Shown here: in pieces, positions 1 to 9,853 of the stretch
Layout: every line of letters starts with the position of its first letter
How positions within the stretch are numbered: position 1 is the first letter of the stretch
NCBI RefSeq assembly: GCF_001735745.1
Contig: NZ_CP017260.1
Location: 630,001 to 662,000 of the forward strand
Source of the DNA: Formosa sp. Hel1_33_131
GTDB taxonomy: Bacteria; Bacteroidota; Bacteroidia; Flavobacteriales; Flavobacteriaceae
Reading direction: 5' to 3'
Length of the DNA: 32,000 bases
Notes under the pieces: generated by a model
What the model saw: the letters and a program-made list of their open reading frames with translations, nothing else
What the model was told of the DNA's origin: nothing
Databases searched by the model: none
Translations under genes and position numbers: made by a program

Positions 1-1533
1 TGGATATTTATCATGCGACGTATGTCAGGTGGTGGTGGTCCAGGCGGCGGCGGCGGTCAACTCTTCAATATTGGGAAATCGAAAGCGAAGTTATTTGATG
101 AAAAATTAGAAACCAAAACAACCTTTGAGGATGTTGCTGGACTGGAAGGTGCTAAAGAAGAAATTCAAGAGATTGTAGACTTCCTGAAACACCCCGAAAA
201 ATATACCGCTCTTGGTGGTAAAATTCCTAAAGGTGCCTTATTAGTGGGCCCTCCAGGAACAGGTAAAACCTTGTTGGCCAAAGCAGTGGCTGGCGAAGCA
301 AAAGCTCCTTTTTTCTCATTGTCAGGATCTGATTTTGTTGAAATGTTTGTAGGTGTTGGTGCTTCTAGAGTTAGAGATTTATTCAAGCAAGCGAAAGATA
401 AATCGCCTTCAATCATTTTTATTGATGAAATTGATGCGATTGGACGTGCTAGAGGTAAAAATAATATGTCAGGTTCGAATGACGAAAGAGAAAATACCCT
501 CAACCAGTTATTGACTGAAATGGATGGATTTGGCACCAATACAAATGTGATTGTTTTGGCAGCAACCAACCGAGCAGATGTCCTTGACAAGGCATTGATG
601 AGAGCGGGTCGATTTGACCGTCAAATTTATGTTGACTTGCCAGATATCAGAGAACGAAGAGAAATTTTTGAGGTGCATTTGAAGCCCTTGAAAAAAGCGA
701 AAAACTTAGATACTGACTTTTTATCAAAACAAACTCCAGGATTCTCTGGAGCAGATATTGCGAATGTGTGTAACGAAGCGGCACTTATTGCAGCTCGAAA
801 TAACAAAAAAGCAGTTGAAAAACAAGATTTCTTAGATGCAGTCGATCGAATTATTGGAGGACTTGAAAAGAAAAATAAAATAATTACACCAAGTGAAAAA
901 AGAGCGGTTGCCTTTCATGAAGCTGGCCATGCAACCGTAAGTTGGATGCTAGAACATGCGTCTCCTTTGGTTAAAGTAACCATTGTTCCAAGAGGACGTT
1001 CATTGGGTGCTGCATGGTATCTTCCCGAAGAACGACTTATTGTAAGACCTGAGCAAATGTTAGATGAAATGTGTGCTGCCTTAGGAGGTCGTGCCGCTGA
1101 AAAAGTCATCTTTGATAAAATATCAACAGGCGCTTTGAGTGATTTAGAAAAAGTAACCAAGCAAGCAAGAGCGATGGTGACTGTTTATGGATTAAGTGAT
1201 AAAATCGGGAACTTGACGTATTATGATTCTTCAGGTGAGAATGAATTTGGATTCTCGAAACCCTATAGCGAACGCACTGCTGAACTGATTGATCAAGAAA
1301 TATCAAGCATTATTGAAACACAGTACGAACGCGCTATAAAACTCTTAGAAGACAACAAAGACAAGTTAACAGAGCTGGCAGAAGTACTTCTTAAAAAAGA
1401 AGTTATTTTTAAAGACAACTTAGAAGCTATCTTTGGAAAACGTCCTTTTGTAGTCGAAGAAGCCGTCACTCCAACGCCTAAAAAAGAAGAAGCGGTAAAA
1501 CCAACTCCTAAAAAAGAGGAAGAGGAAGAATAA
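1..1533 (+). CDS. ftsH: ATP-dependent zinc metalloprotease FtsH. The 5' end is cut by the window edge and the frame is open to base 1.
   Basis: Walker A GPPGTGKT, Walker B IIFIDEID, second region of homology ATNRADVLDKALMRAGRFDR, and Zn site HEAGHA. Lys/Glu/Pro-rich C-terminal tail. Confidence 0.97.
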   Translation, partial: WIFIMRRMSGGGGPGGGGGQLFNIGKSKAKLFDEKLETKTTFEDVAGLEGAKEEIQEIVDFLKHPEKYTALGGKIPKGALLVGPPGTGKTLLAKAVAGEAKAPFFSLSGSDFVEMFVGVGASRVRDLFKQAKDKSPSIIFIDEIDAIGRARGKNNMSGSNDERENTLNQLLTEMDGFGTNTNVIVLAATNRADVLDKALMRAGRFDRQIYVDLPDIRERREIFEVHLKPLKKAKNLDTDFLSKQTPGFSGADIANVCNEAALIAARNNKKAVEKQDFLDAVDRIIGGLEKKNKIITPSEKRAVAFHEAGHATVSWMLEHASPLVKVTIVPRGRSLGAAWYLPEERLIVRPEQMLDEMCAALGGRAAEKVIFDKISTGALSDLEKVTKQARAMVTVYGLSDKIGNLTYYDSSGENEFGFSKPYSERTAELIDQEISSIIETQYERAIKLLEDNKDKLTELAEVLLKKEVIFKDNLEAIFGKRPFVVEEAVTPTPKKEEAVKPTPKKEEEEE

Positions 1534-1568
1534 GTTTGAAAATAACTTTTTATTAAACCTTTATTTTT

Positions 1569-1576
1569 TATCTTTG
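1569..1576 (+). promoter_or_regulatory. Candidate Bacteroidetes -7 promoter box (TATCTTTG = TAnnTTTG)
   Basis: Exact TAnnTTTG match 39 nt upstream of the ATG at 1615, in the 81-nt gap after ftsH. Confidence 0.4.
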
Positions 1577-1614
1577 GAAAGATGTAAGTTCAAAGTTTAT
1601 ATTTCAGATGAAGA

Positions 1615-2223
1615 ATGAGTGTGTTTCGTAAAATATTTGGTTCAAAAACGGATGCTTCTAAAGACAAAACTGATGAAAAAAATCAGGATCAGTTTTTAGA
1701 CTCCAGCAGCTTGCCTGTAGATGAAGCCTTTACAATCAACTTTAATAAAAATGGCGGTAAGTTTCTTTACTGCGAAAATAACGATGAAGTTCAAAGTTTT
1801 CTTGAAAATATTATTGAAGAAAATAATTGGGACAAAAAAAAGGCACTCATCCTTAATAAACATCTAAAAGAAAAATTTAAAAGTTTCAAATTTGGCTCGA
1901 CTCAAAAAACAAAAGATGCAGATTTTCTATTTACATCTTGTGAGTCTCTGATCGCAAAAGACGGATCGCTGCTTATATCCTCCAATCAAATTGCAGAAAA
2001 AAAACTAGTTGATTTGCCTGAGAATTTCATTGTATTTGCAACTACCAGTCAGTTTGTAAATACTATTAGCGAAGGACTTCAGGGGATCAAAGCCCAAAGT
2101 AAAACTAAAATACCCTCCAACATCACGACCATTAAACATTTTAAAGCCAACGACACCAACGACTTTCTAAGCTATGGAAGTAGTACAAAAAACCTATATT
2201 TGCTACTATTAGAAGACTTATAA
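1615..2223 (+). CDS. LUD-domain (LutC/YkgG-like) protein
   Basis: 202-aa ORF. The C-terminal half (FIVFATTSQFV...ITTIKHF...SYGSSTKNLYLLLLED) resembles the lactate-utilisation LUD fold as I remember it. The N-terminus is low-complexity. Confidence 0.55.
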   Translation: MSVFRKIFGSKTDASKDKTDEKNQDQFLDSSSLPVDEAFTINFNKNGGKFLYCENNDEVQSFLENIIEENNWDKKKALILNKHLKEKFKSFKFGSTQKTKDADFLFTSCESLIAKDGSLLISSNQIAEKKLVDLPENFIVFATTSQFVNTISEGLQGIKAQSKTKIPSNITTIKHFKANDTNDFLSYGSSTKNLYLLLLEDL

Positions 2224-2231
2224 CATAAACA

Positions 2232-3053
2232 TTGAAAGAACTAACCACAAGAGCTTTATCAGGCCTATTATTTGCAAGTATTTTAATTGGGGCACTCCAA
2301 TTAAAGTACGCTTGTATCGCGCTTTTTTTTATGTTTGGATTGATTTGTTTGTCAGAATTCAATAAGTTAATTCATCAAAAAAACATCGCTTCCTACATCA
2401 TTTTTATAGTGTTGTTTTTGGCAGTTGCATTTTGGGAAAACCTCTTTAAATCTGGTAAAAGCCTATCAGATATTTCACAAATATTACTTGTGATTTCTGT
2501 ATTGGTAAATCTATTATTAATTCGGGATTTATTTTCCTCAAAAAGTCTCCCATCCTTACTTTCAAATCATTTTATAAACACCACCTTTTATGTGAGTAGT
2601 GGGTTTGTGTTTTTATTATTGATCGCTCTAAATTTTGAAAACTACAGTCCTGAAATCATTACGTATATTTTTATTTTGATTTGGATCAACGACAGTTTTG
2701 CCTATATAGTTGGTAAGAATTTTGGAAAACAAAAACTTTTTGAAAGCATTTCTCCTAAGAAAACAGTAGAAGGATTTTTAGGAGGTGTGTTTTTTGCGGC
2801 TTTGGGAAGTTATGTCATTGCCAATTGTACGGATTCATTACCTTTTACTAATTGGTTAATTATCAGTGTTATTGTGAGTGTTTTCGGAACCTTGGGTGAC
2901 TTGGTAGAATCAAAATACAAACGTCAAGCAGGCGTCAAAGATAGCGGTAAAATAATGCCTGGTCATGGAGGTCTATTAGATCGCTTAGATAGTGCTATAT
3001 TTGCAGCTCCATTTATCTATTTATTTTTAAGAATATTAAATTATGTTTCATAA
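2232..3053 (+). CDS. cdsA: Phosphatidate cytidylyltransferase (CDP-diglyceride synthase), TTG start
   Basis: Polytopic membrane protein with the C-terminal CDS signature SKYKRQAGVKDSGKIMPGHGGLLDRLDS. Confidence 0.9.
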   Translation: MKELTTRALSGLLFASILIGALQLKYACIALFFMFGLICLSEFNKLIHQKNIASYIIFIVLFLAVAFWENLFKSGKSLSDISQILLVISVLVNLLLIRDLFSSKSLPSLLSNHFINTTFYVSSGFVFLLLIALNFENYSPEIITYIFILIWINDSFAYIVGKNFGKQKLFESISPKKTVEGFLGGVFFAALGSYVIANCTDSLPFTNWLIISVIVSVFGTLGDLVESKYKRQAGVKDSGKIMPGHGGLLDRLDSAIFAAPFIYLFLRILNYVS

Positions 3054-3690
3054 AGAAGGTCAAAAAATAATTTTTGTCGCACTCGTTTTTGTAGTGGCTA
3101 CATCGTTATTAATCGACAATTTACAAATGCCTTGGGTTTCAAAACTCATTCAGTTCTCTTTAATAGTGATTCTTGTACTCATCCTACAATTTTTCAGAAA
3201 CCCTAAACGTCACACCCATCAAAACGATCGTCAAGTGATCGCCCCTGTAGATGGGAAAGTTGTGGTGATCGAAGAGGTTGAAGAAACAGAATATTTCAAA
3301 GAAAAACGTCTTCAGGTCAGCATTTTTATGTCGCCTATCAATGTGCATGTGACACGCTACCCTATAAGTGGTTCGGTACTTTTTAGCAAATACCACCCAG
3401 GAAAGTATTTAGTCGCATGGCATCCAAAGGCTAGTACGGATAACGAACGCACCACCATAGTTGTTGAGAATAAAACCTATGGTAAAGTCCTTTACAGACA
3501 GATCGCAGGTGCCTTGGCAAGACGTATTGTCAATTATGCGAAAGAAGGCCAAACGGTTGTACAGGGTACCGATGCTGGATTTATAAAATTTGGTTCTAGA
3601 GTCGATTTATTTTTACCTTTGGACACCAAACTTAAAGTCAAACTCAATCAAAAAGTAAAAGGCGGCGAATGTATCATCGCAGAAGTATAG
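3043..3690 (+). CDS. psd: Phosphatidylserine decarboxylase proenzyme (short, membrane-anchored type)
   Basis: Two N-terminal TM helices and an FGSRVD self-cleavage-type G-S motif near the C-terminus. Overlaps the cdsA end by 11 nt. Confidence 0.85.
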   Translation: MFHKEGQKIIFVALVFVVATSLLIDNLQMPWVSKLIQFSLIVILVLILQFFRNPKRHTHQNDRQVIAPVDGKVVVIEEVEETEYFKEKRLQVSIFMSPINVHVTRYPISGSVLFSKYHPGKYLVAWHPKASTDNERTTIVVENKTYGKVLYRQIAGALARRIVNYAKEGQTVVQGTDAGFIKFGSRVDLFLPLDTKLKVKLNQKVKGGECIIAEV

Positions 3691-3691
3691 T

Positions 3692-3958
3692 ATGAATTCA
3701 GAGGCATTAGAAATAGAATTTAGAGAAGCTGTTGACAGCATCAACAGTCATGAGCAGCCCTTCCCTGCCGACATCCTCTTGAAACTCTATGCCTATTACA
3801 AAAAATCAACCAACGATTACAGCCGACCGAGTAGTAGCAAAGCCATTATAAATGCTTTTAAAACCAATGCCCTTTTTCAGGTAGAAGACATTACCCAAGA
3901 CGAAGCAAAACAACGCTACATCGACTTGGCAAATACTTACTTAATTTACCGAAAATAA
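3692..3958 (+). CDS. Acyl-CoA-binding-protein (ACBP)-like small protein
   Basis: 88 aa. By eye it aligns to eukaryotic ACBP: PADILLKLYAYYKKST against PADEEMLFIYSHYKQAT, and DEAKQRYIDLA against EDAMKAYIDKV. The start lies 1 nt after the psd stop. Confidence 0.6.
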   Translation: MNSEALEIEFREAVDSINSHEQPFPADILLKLYAYYKKSTNDYSRPSSSKAIINAFKTNALFQVEDITQDEAKQRYIDLANTYLIYRK

Positions 3959-3960
3959 GC

Positions 3961-6591
3961 TTATTTTAAGTTGTTCAAACTTGCTTTAAGCGTTTCAATT
4001 TTAGCAACTGCATCGGCTTCTTTTTTCTTTTCACTTGCCACAACTTGCTCAGGAGCTCCCGAAACAAAACGCTCGTTAGACAACTTCTTTTGAACCGATT
4101 TCAGAAATCCTTCTGTATATTTAAGTTCCTCTTCTAATTTTAAGATTTCAGCGGCCACATCAATGGTGTCATTGGCTGGAATAAAATATTCATTAGATTT
4201 CACTCTAAAGGACAAGGCATTTTCAACTGTTTCAGTTGTGTAGCTCAAGTTTGAAATGTTTCCTAATTTAGAAATAATCGCATCAAAGCCTTTGGTTTGA
4301 GACTCGTTGTTCAATACCAAAAATTCAATAGTATTTTTAAATGCTATATTTTTCTCTTTTCGAATCGTACGAATTCCTGACACAACATCTGAAGCAAATT
4401 CAAAACCTTCTAAAATAGTCGAGTCGTAAGGCTTCAGTTCTGGCCATGAAGCCACAATTAAAGCTTGCTCTGGCGTTCTTTCTTCCAAATATTGCCAGAT
4501 TTCTTCTGTCAGAAATGGCATAAACGGATGTAAAATTTTTAGATTTGATTCCAATATTGCTACCACAGCCTCATAAGTTTTCTTGTCAATGGGCGCCTCG
4601 TAAGCAGGTTTCACCATTTCCAATAACCAAGAGCAGAAATCATCCCAAATTAATTTATAAGTAGTCATTAAAGCATCACTTAAGCGGTACTTGCTAAAAT
4701 GATCTTCTATTTCTACCAATGTTTTTTGAAATTTTGCTTGGTACCACTCAACAGCAATGGCGGCATATTCAGGTTGCTCAATCTCGGCAACTTCCCAACC
4801 TTCAATCAGTCGGAAGGCATTCCATATTTTATTCCCAAATGCTTTCCCTTGTTGACATAAGGCTTCATCAAACATTAAGTCGTTTCCAGCGGCGGAGCTT
4901 AATAATAATCCCACACGAACGCCGTCGGCTCCAAAGTTTTCTATAAGCTTTAAGGCGTCTGGAGAATTCCCCAATGACTTGCTCATCTTACGACGTTGTT
5001 TGTCTCGCACAAGTCCTGTGAAATACACGTTGTTAAAAGGCTTTTGATCTTTATATTCATGACCGGCAACAATCATACGTGCCACCCAGAAAAATAAAAT
5101 ATCTGGTCCCGTCACTAAATCATTGGTTGGGTAGTAATATTTTATGTCTTCGTTTTCTGGATTCCGAATGCCATCAAACACAGACATTGGCCACAACCAA
5201 GAAGAGAACCATGTGTCTAGAACATCACTGTCTTGTCTTAAACTTTCAAGACCTAATTGTGTATTGCCCGATTTATCTTTCGCTAACTCTAAAGCTTTTT
5301 CAATGGTTTCAGCCACTACAAAATCGTCTTTGCCATCTCCATAAAAATAGGCTGGAATCTGTTGACCCCAAAATAATTGTCTAGAAATATTCCAATCACG
5401 GATGTTTTCCATCCAATGGCGGTAGGTGTTTTCAAATTTCTTTGGAAACAGATTGATCGTTTTGTCTTCTAAAACCGCTTTGATCGCAGGTTTAGCAAGC
5501 GTTTCCATTTTTAAAAACCACTGGTCTGAAAGACGTGGTTCAATCACTTCTTTTGTACGTTCCGAAGTTCCTACTTTATGTGTATGTTGTTCCGTTTTGA
5601 TCAGAAAGCCTTTGGACTCAAGCTCTTTGGCGATTTCTTTTCGAACCACAAATCGGTCTTTACCTTCGTAGTGCAGGCCAAAACTGTTCAGCGTTGCATT
5701 GGCATTAAAAATATCAATCACTTCTAACTGGTGTTTTTCACCTAGCGCCTTATCATTTATATCATGTGCAGGTGTTACTTTTAAACAACCCGTTCCAAAT
5801 TCAATATCAACATATTCATCTTCTATAATAGGAATGACACGATCATTTAAAGGAACAATTGCTTTTTTTCCTTTTAAATGGGTGTAGCGTTCATCGTTCG
5901 GATTGATACAAATTGCGGCATCGCCTAAAATCGTTTCAGGACGTGTCGTTGCAATCGTAATCACCTCATCACTGTCTTGAATATTATAATTTAAATAGTA
6001 TAAATTGCCTTGTCGTTCTTCATAAATCACTTCTTCATCAGACAAGGTTGTTTGGGCTTGAGGATCCCAATTCACCATTCTAAACCCTCTATAAATCAAC
6101 CCTTTATTAAATAAATCAATAAATACTTTGATCACAGATTCACTCATATCATCATCCATCGTGAATTTGGTACGATCCCAATCACAAGAGCATCCAAGTT
6201 TCTTCAATTGTTCAAGAATGACTCCTCCATATTCTTCAGTCCACTCCCAAGCATGTTCCATAAACTCTGCTCTCGTAAGGTCGTTTTTATCAATTCCTTT
6301 CTCTTTCAGTTTTGCTACCACTTTTGCTTCAGTAGCGATCGATGCGTGATCGGTACCAGGAACCCAACAGGCATTTTTCCCCTGTAAACGTGCACGACGT
6401 ACCAAGACATCCTGAATGGTATTATTCAGCATGTGCCCCATGTGCAAAATCCCTGTAACGTTTGGTGGAGGGATCACAATGGTATAAGGCTCTCGAGAAT
6501 CGGGAGTCGAATGGAAATATTTATGAGTCATCCAGTAGTCATACCATTTGTTTTCAACAGTTGACGCATCATATTTAGAAGGAATAGACAT
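3961..6591 (-). CDS. valS: Valine--tRNA ligase
   Basis: 876 aa with the class I HIGH-type motif [16 protein letters not shown] (KMSKSLGN) and a C-terminal coiled-coil tail. Confidence 0.97.
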   Translation of the reverse strand: MSIPSKYDASTVENKWYDYWMTHKYFHSTPDSREPYTIVIPPPNVTGILHMGHMLNNTIQDVLVRRARLQGKNACWVPGTDHASIATEAKVVAKLKEKGIDKNDLTRAEFMEHAWEWTEEYGGVILEQLKKLGCSCDWDRTKFTMDDDMSESVIKVFIDLFNKGLIYRGFRMVNWDPQAQTTLSDEEVIYEERQGNLYYLNYNIQDSDEVITIATTRPETILGDAAICINPNDERYTHLKGKKAIVPLNDRVIPIIEDEYVDIEFGTGCLKVTPAHDINDKALGEKHQLEVIDIFNANATLNSFGLHYEGKDRFVVRKEIAKELESKGFLIKTEQHTHKVGTSERTKEVIEPRLSDQWFLKMETLAKPAIKAVLEDKTINLFPKKFENTYRHWMENIRDWNISRQLFWGQQIPAYFYGDGKDDFVVAETIEKALELAKDKSGNTQLGLESLRQDSDVLDTWFSSWLWPMSVFDGIRNPENEDIKYYYPTNDLVTGPDILFFWVARMIVAGHEYKDQKPFNNVYFTGLVRDKQRRKMSKSLGNSPDALKLIENFGADGVRVGLLLSSAAGNDLMFDEALCQQGKAFGNKIWNAFRLIEGWEVAEIEQPEYAAIAVEWYQAKFQKTLVEIEDHFSKYRLSDALMTTYKLIWDDFCSWLLEMVKPAYEAPIDKKTYEAVVAILESNLKILHPFMPFLTEEIWQYLEERTPEQALIVASWPELKPYDSTILEGFEFASDVVSGIRTIRKEKNIAFKNTIEFLVLNNESQTKGFDAIISKLGNISNLSYTTETVENALSFRVKSNEYFIPANDTIDVAAEILKLEEELKYTEGFLKSVQKKLSNERFVSGAPEQVVASEKKKEADAVAKIETLKASLNNLK

Positions 6592-6621
6592 ACTTTGGAA
6601 TAGTTTTTGAATGTTAATTTA

Positions 6622-6629
6622 CAAAAGTA
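6622..6629 (-). promoter_or_regulatory. Candidate -7 box for valS (TACTTTTG on the minus strand)
   Basis: TAnnTTTG match on the minus strand, about 30 nt upstream of the valS ATG at 6591. Confidence 0.35.
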
Positions 6630-6730
6630 CTTATATTTTATTTTCTTTAGAATTAATAATTGAATTTATATGAGTACATTTTTGTAGTTTTAAAAAAAGT
6701 ACCTAAATTTACATTAACAAACACACTATT

Positions 6731-7156
6731 ATGAAAAAGCTTTTTACATTATTATTCATTTCCATCTTTAGTTTGGGGATTTATGCACAAGATAAGGTTG
6801 CGAAAATTGAATTTGAATCTGAAACAATCGATTATGGAATCATAGAAAAAGGTTCCGATGGTGTTCGTGTATTTAAATTTAAAAACACAGGCAATATCCC
6901 TTTAATCGTTACTGCTGTAAAATCAAGCTGTGGCTGTACGGTTCCAAAAAAACCAACAGCACCAATTTTACCTGGTGAAAACGGTGAAATTGAAGTAAAA
7001 TACGACACAAATAGAGTCAACCCAATTCGAAAAACAATTACAGTAACCTCTAACGCAGTTAGACCTACTGTTGCTTTGAAAATTAAAGGAACGGTTATCG
7101 ATTCTAGTAAAGCCAGTGTCATTGAAGATAAAGACAAAAGCGTTTTAGAGCAATAA
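6731..7156 (+). CDS. Secreted DUF1573-family protein
   Basis: Signal peptide (MKKLFTLLFISIFSLGIYAQ), a characteristic SSCGCT motif and a beta-rich Ig-like composition. Confidence 0.7.
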   Translation: MKKLFTLLFISIFSLGIYAQDKVAKIEFESETIDYGIIEKGSDGVRVFKFKNTGNIPLIVTAVKSSCGCTVPKKPTAPILPGENGEIEVKYDTNRVNPIRKTITVTSNAVRPTVALKIKGTVIDSSKASVIEDKDKSVLEQ

Positions 7157-7180
7157 GATTTAAGCCTTATCAAATAAACG

Positions 7181-7207
7181 AAAGCACCTTAATGGGTGCT
7201 TTTTTTA
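7181..7207. terminator. Rho-independent-type hairpin plus T-run
   Basis: AAAGCACC-ttaa-tGGGTGCTTT stem followed by TTTTTTT, 25 nt after the DUF1573 stop. It overlaps the last codons of the convergent protease gene. Confidence 0.7.
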
Positions 7208-8544
7208 TGCAATAAATCCCGGAGATTAAACTGGTATTTCATAGAAACTCCTGCTCGTTCGATGGTCATTTTAATACGTTTTCCATCAGCTCCATAAAAC
7301 TGATCAATCGCTTTTTGAAGTGTTAATGAGCTGAGACTTTGATTATTGATTGAAAGTACTATATCACCTATTTTAAGTCCAGCCTCATCCGCTGGTGAAT
7401 TGGGCCTAATGTCTGAGATCTCTAGTTCTGGTACAATTTCAAATTTGTAAGTAGATGTGAAGTTAATTGTACTCGAACTTTGGGTAGTGTTGTCAGCAGT
7501 AGAACCCACTATTTTACTGGGGAGTATTGCTCGTGTTTTAAGCAGTCGGACTCCCGCATATTGCATCACAATTCCACTCTTGTTATACTTAAAAGGTTTG
7601 TTGAAAAATTTGTTTTTTTTGAAGGCAGCCCACTGTGATTTGTAATTAAACACCCAATTAAACCGATGCAACACATCTCCTAGTAAACTCCCATTTCTTA
7701 GCGTATTGATTTTTGCTTTTTGAATGGATGAGGAATCTGGAAAAGCTACATTGACTTTGTTTAATTGAAAGTCTTTTAAACGAAAGGATTTGAGTACCGA
7801 GCGTTTTCCGAAAATAGCACCACTAAGGCCTTTCCCTAAAAAATCGTCAAAAGTGTTTTTTGGGATGGATAAGGATTGTGCAGGGTCTTCAAAAAGCCAT
7901 AAGGAGTCACTCCCACCTGTATCAATTAAAAGATTGACTGGAACGGCTTTATGATCTACCGTCACAGATGCTTCTATAATGGGTTTTTTATTATAAAAAA
8001 TGAGATCTAATTTTCTCCATTTTCGGGATAATTTAGAATCATACAACAGAGGGTTGTAAAGTTTTATAAATTTTCGACTGTAATTAATTTCGACCACAAA
8101 ATCTTTAAAAATATCATAGCCAATAATGCCATGAACAGGAATTCCTAAACTAGGCACAAAATTGATGGAGGCATCTATAATTGCAAATAAATCTTGATTT
8201 AGGTTTACAGCCTCCCCAATGATCACTGTATTATTTGAGGAGCGCAAGGCTTCAATCGGTTCATCGTTGCCCAATCCATGAATAAGGATTAATTCGGTTT
8301 CATGGATTGATAATTCCTCTTTTAAATTGAAGAAATTAAAAAGAATCGGCTTTGAAACCCCTGTATCTAGTAAAAAAGACAAAGAAACACCATTAATAGT
8401 CACAGGAATAACAATCAAATTATTCACCAATTTAAAATGTATTTTGTCACTTACTCCATTTTTGAGTTCAAAATTTCCTTGAGAGAACACACTCAAATTA
8501 AAGCCAATACAAAGAAAAATACAAAGCGATTTTACATTCAACAT
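7189..8544 (-). CDS. Secreted protease with two retropepsin-like aspartyl domains and a C-terminal PDZ domain
   Basis: Two DTG motifs (LLDTGVSKPILF and LIDTGGSDSLWLF) and a PDZ-like C-terminus (PNSPADEAGLKIGDIVLSINN). I place the start at the ATG at 8544 (MLNVKSLCIFLC..., a signal peptide) rather than the ORF-track start at 8622. Confidence 0.75.
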   Translation of the reverse strand: MLNVKSLCIFLCIGFNLSVFSQGNFELKNGVSDKIHFKLVNNLIVIPVTINGVSLSFLLDTGVSKPILFNFFNLKEELSIHETELILIHGLGNDEPIEALRSSNNTVIIGEAVNLNQDLFAIIDASINFVPSLGIPVHGIIGYDIFKDFVVEINYSRKFIKLYNPLLYDSKLSRKWRKLDLIFYNKKPIIEASVTVDHKAVPVNLLIDTGGSDSLWLFEDPAQSLSIPKNTFDDFLGKGLSGAIFGKRSVLKSFRLKDFQLNKVNVAFPDSSSIQKAKINTLRNGSLLGDVLHRFNWVFNYKSQWAAFKKNKFFNKPFKYNKSGIVMQYAGVRLLKTRAILPSKIVGSTADNTTQSSSTINFTSTYKFEIVPELEISDIRPNSPADEAGLKIGDIVLSINNQSLSSLTLQKAIDQFYGADGKRIKMTIERAGVSMKYQFNLRDLLHKKSTH

Positions 8545-8631
8545 AAGAATCGTAGTAAGGGGGTAAAGACAATTTACGACAGATTTATTTAAATAATAGT
8601 TAAAGGGCTTTATTTTATACAAACTTTAAGA

Positions 8632-8639
8632 TAAATTTG
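8632..8639 (+). promoter_or_regulatory. Candidate -7 box (TAAATTTG)
   Basis: TAnnTTTG match 24 nt upstream of the ATG at 8663. Confidence 0.35.
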
Positions 8640-8662
8640 TAGGCAATTTATATTATAGAACT

Positions 8663-9853
8663 ATGCCAAAAATCTCTCGAAAAGGGGCACTAATGCCACA
8701 ATCACCCATTAGAAAACTAGTGCCTTACGCCGAACAAGCAAAAAAAGAAGGTATAAATGTCTATCATTTAAATATTGGTCAACCTGATATTAAAACTCCC
8801 GAAGTGGCACTAAATGCTGTCAAAAACAATACGTTAGACACTTTAGCCTACAGTCGTTCGGAAGGCTCGGAAACATACCGTACAAAATTAACTGCCTATT
8901 ATAAAAAAAATGACATTCACGTCAGTGCCAATGATATTATCATCACCACAGGAGGAAGCGAAGCCTTGTTTTTTACTTTTGGAAGCATTATGGATCCCGA
9001 GGATGAAGTGATTATTCCCGAGCCTTTTTATGCGAATTACAATGGATTTTCTACGGCGCAAGGTGTCAAAGTGGTGCCCGTTGTTTCTAATATTGAATCT
9101 AATTTTGCCTTACCTCCTATCGCTGATTTTGAAGCGTTAATCACCCCAAAAACAAAAGCAATATTAATTTGTAACCCAGGCAATCCTACAGGCTATTTAT
9201 ACAGCAAGGCTGAAATTAAACAACTTGCAATACTGGTTAAAAAACACGATTTATTTCTAATTTCTGATGAAGTCTATCGCGAATTCACCTATGATGGTCA
9301 CGAGCATTATTCCATCATGCAAGAAGAAGGCTTAGAACCGAATGCCATCATCATTGATTCTGTATCAAAACGATACAGCATGTGTGGCGCAAGAATTGGG
9401 TGTATTGTAACCAAAAACACAACGGTTCTTAATACGGCTTTAAAATTCGCACAAGCACGATTGTCTCCGCCAACTTATGCCCTACTCGCAAGTGAAGCAG
9501 CCTTAGAAACACCAGACAGTTATTTTAGTGAAGTCATCTCTGAATATGTGGAACGAAGAAATGTATTAATAGAAGAACTTCAAAAAATTGAAGGCGTCAA
9601 AGTCGCCATCCCAAAAGGTGCTTTTTACTGTATTGTAGAGTTGCCAATCACAGATTCGGATGTATTTGCGCAATGGCTATTAGAAGACTTTAGGCTTGAT
9701 AATGAAACCATCATGGTGGCACCAGCTGCTGGATTTTATTCGACGGAGGGGCTCGGGAAAAATCAGATTCGAGTTGCTTATGTCCTAAATAAAGAAGACC
9801 TTAGGACTTCGGTTGCTATTTTAAAAGTAGCTCTCAATCAGTACAACGCCTAA
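8663..9853 (+). CDS. PLP-dependent class I aminotransferase (aspartate/aromatic aminotransferase-like)
   Basis: 396 aa with PLP-lysine region SVSKRYSMCGARIG, NPGNPTG and the N-terminal SPIRK motif. Confidence 0.88.
   Translation: MPKISRKGALMPQSPIRKLVPYAEQAKKEGINVYHLNIGQPDIKTPEVALNAVKNNTLDTLAYSRSEGSETYRTKLTAYYKKNDIHVSANDIIITTGGSEALFFTFGSIMDPEDEVIIPEPFYANYNGFSTAQGVKVVPVVSNIESNFALPPIADFEALITPKTKAILICNPGNPTGYLYSKAEIKQLAILVKKHDLFLISDEVYREFTYDGHEHYSIMQEEGLEPNAIIIDSVSKRYSMCGARIGCIVTKNTTVLNTALKFAQARLSPPTYALLASEAALETPDSYFSEVISEYVERRNVLIEELQKIEGVKVAIPKGAFYCIVELPITDSDVFAQWLLEDFRLDNETIMVAPAAGFYSTEGLGKNQIRVAYVLNKEDLRTSVAILKVALNQYNA

Noticed and set aside
1465-1533. Direct repeat in the ftsH tail (TPTPKKEEAVKPTPKKEEEEE)
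   Set aside because: It is a short low-complexity duplication in a variable, disordered C-terminal tail, which is common in FtsH orthologues. I see nothing pointing to separate function.
4719-6349. Several 62-101-aa ORFs antisense to valS, and similar antisense ORFs inside ftsH, lipA, gap, kynU, ALDH, the Nramp-like gene and gpmI
   Set aside because: All are fully embedded antisense to long, motif-verified genes and show no signal, domain or promoter evidence. They are typical shadow ORFs.
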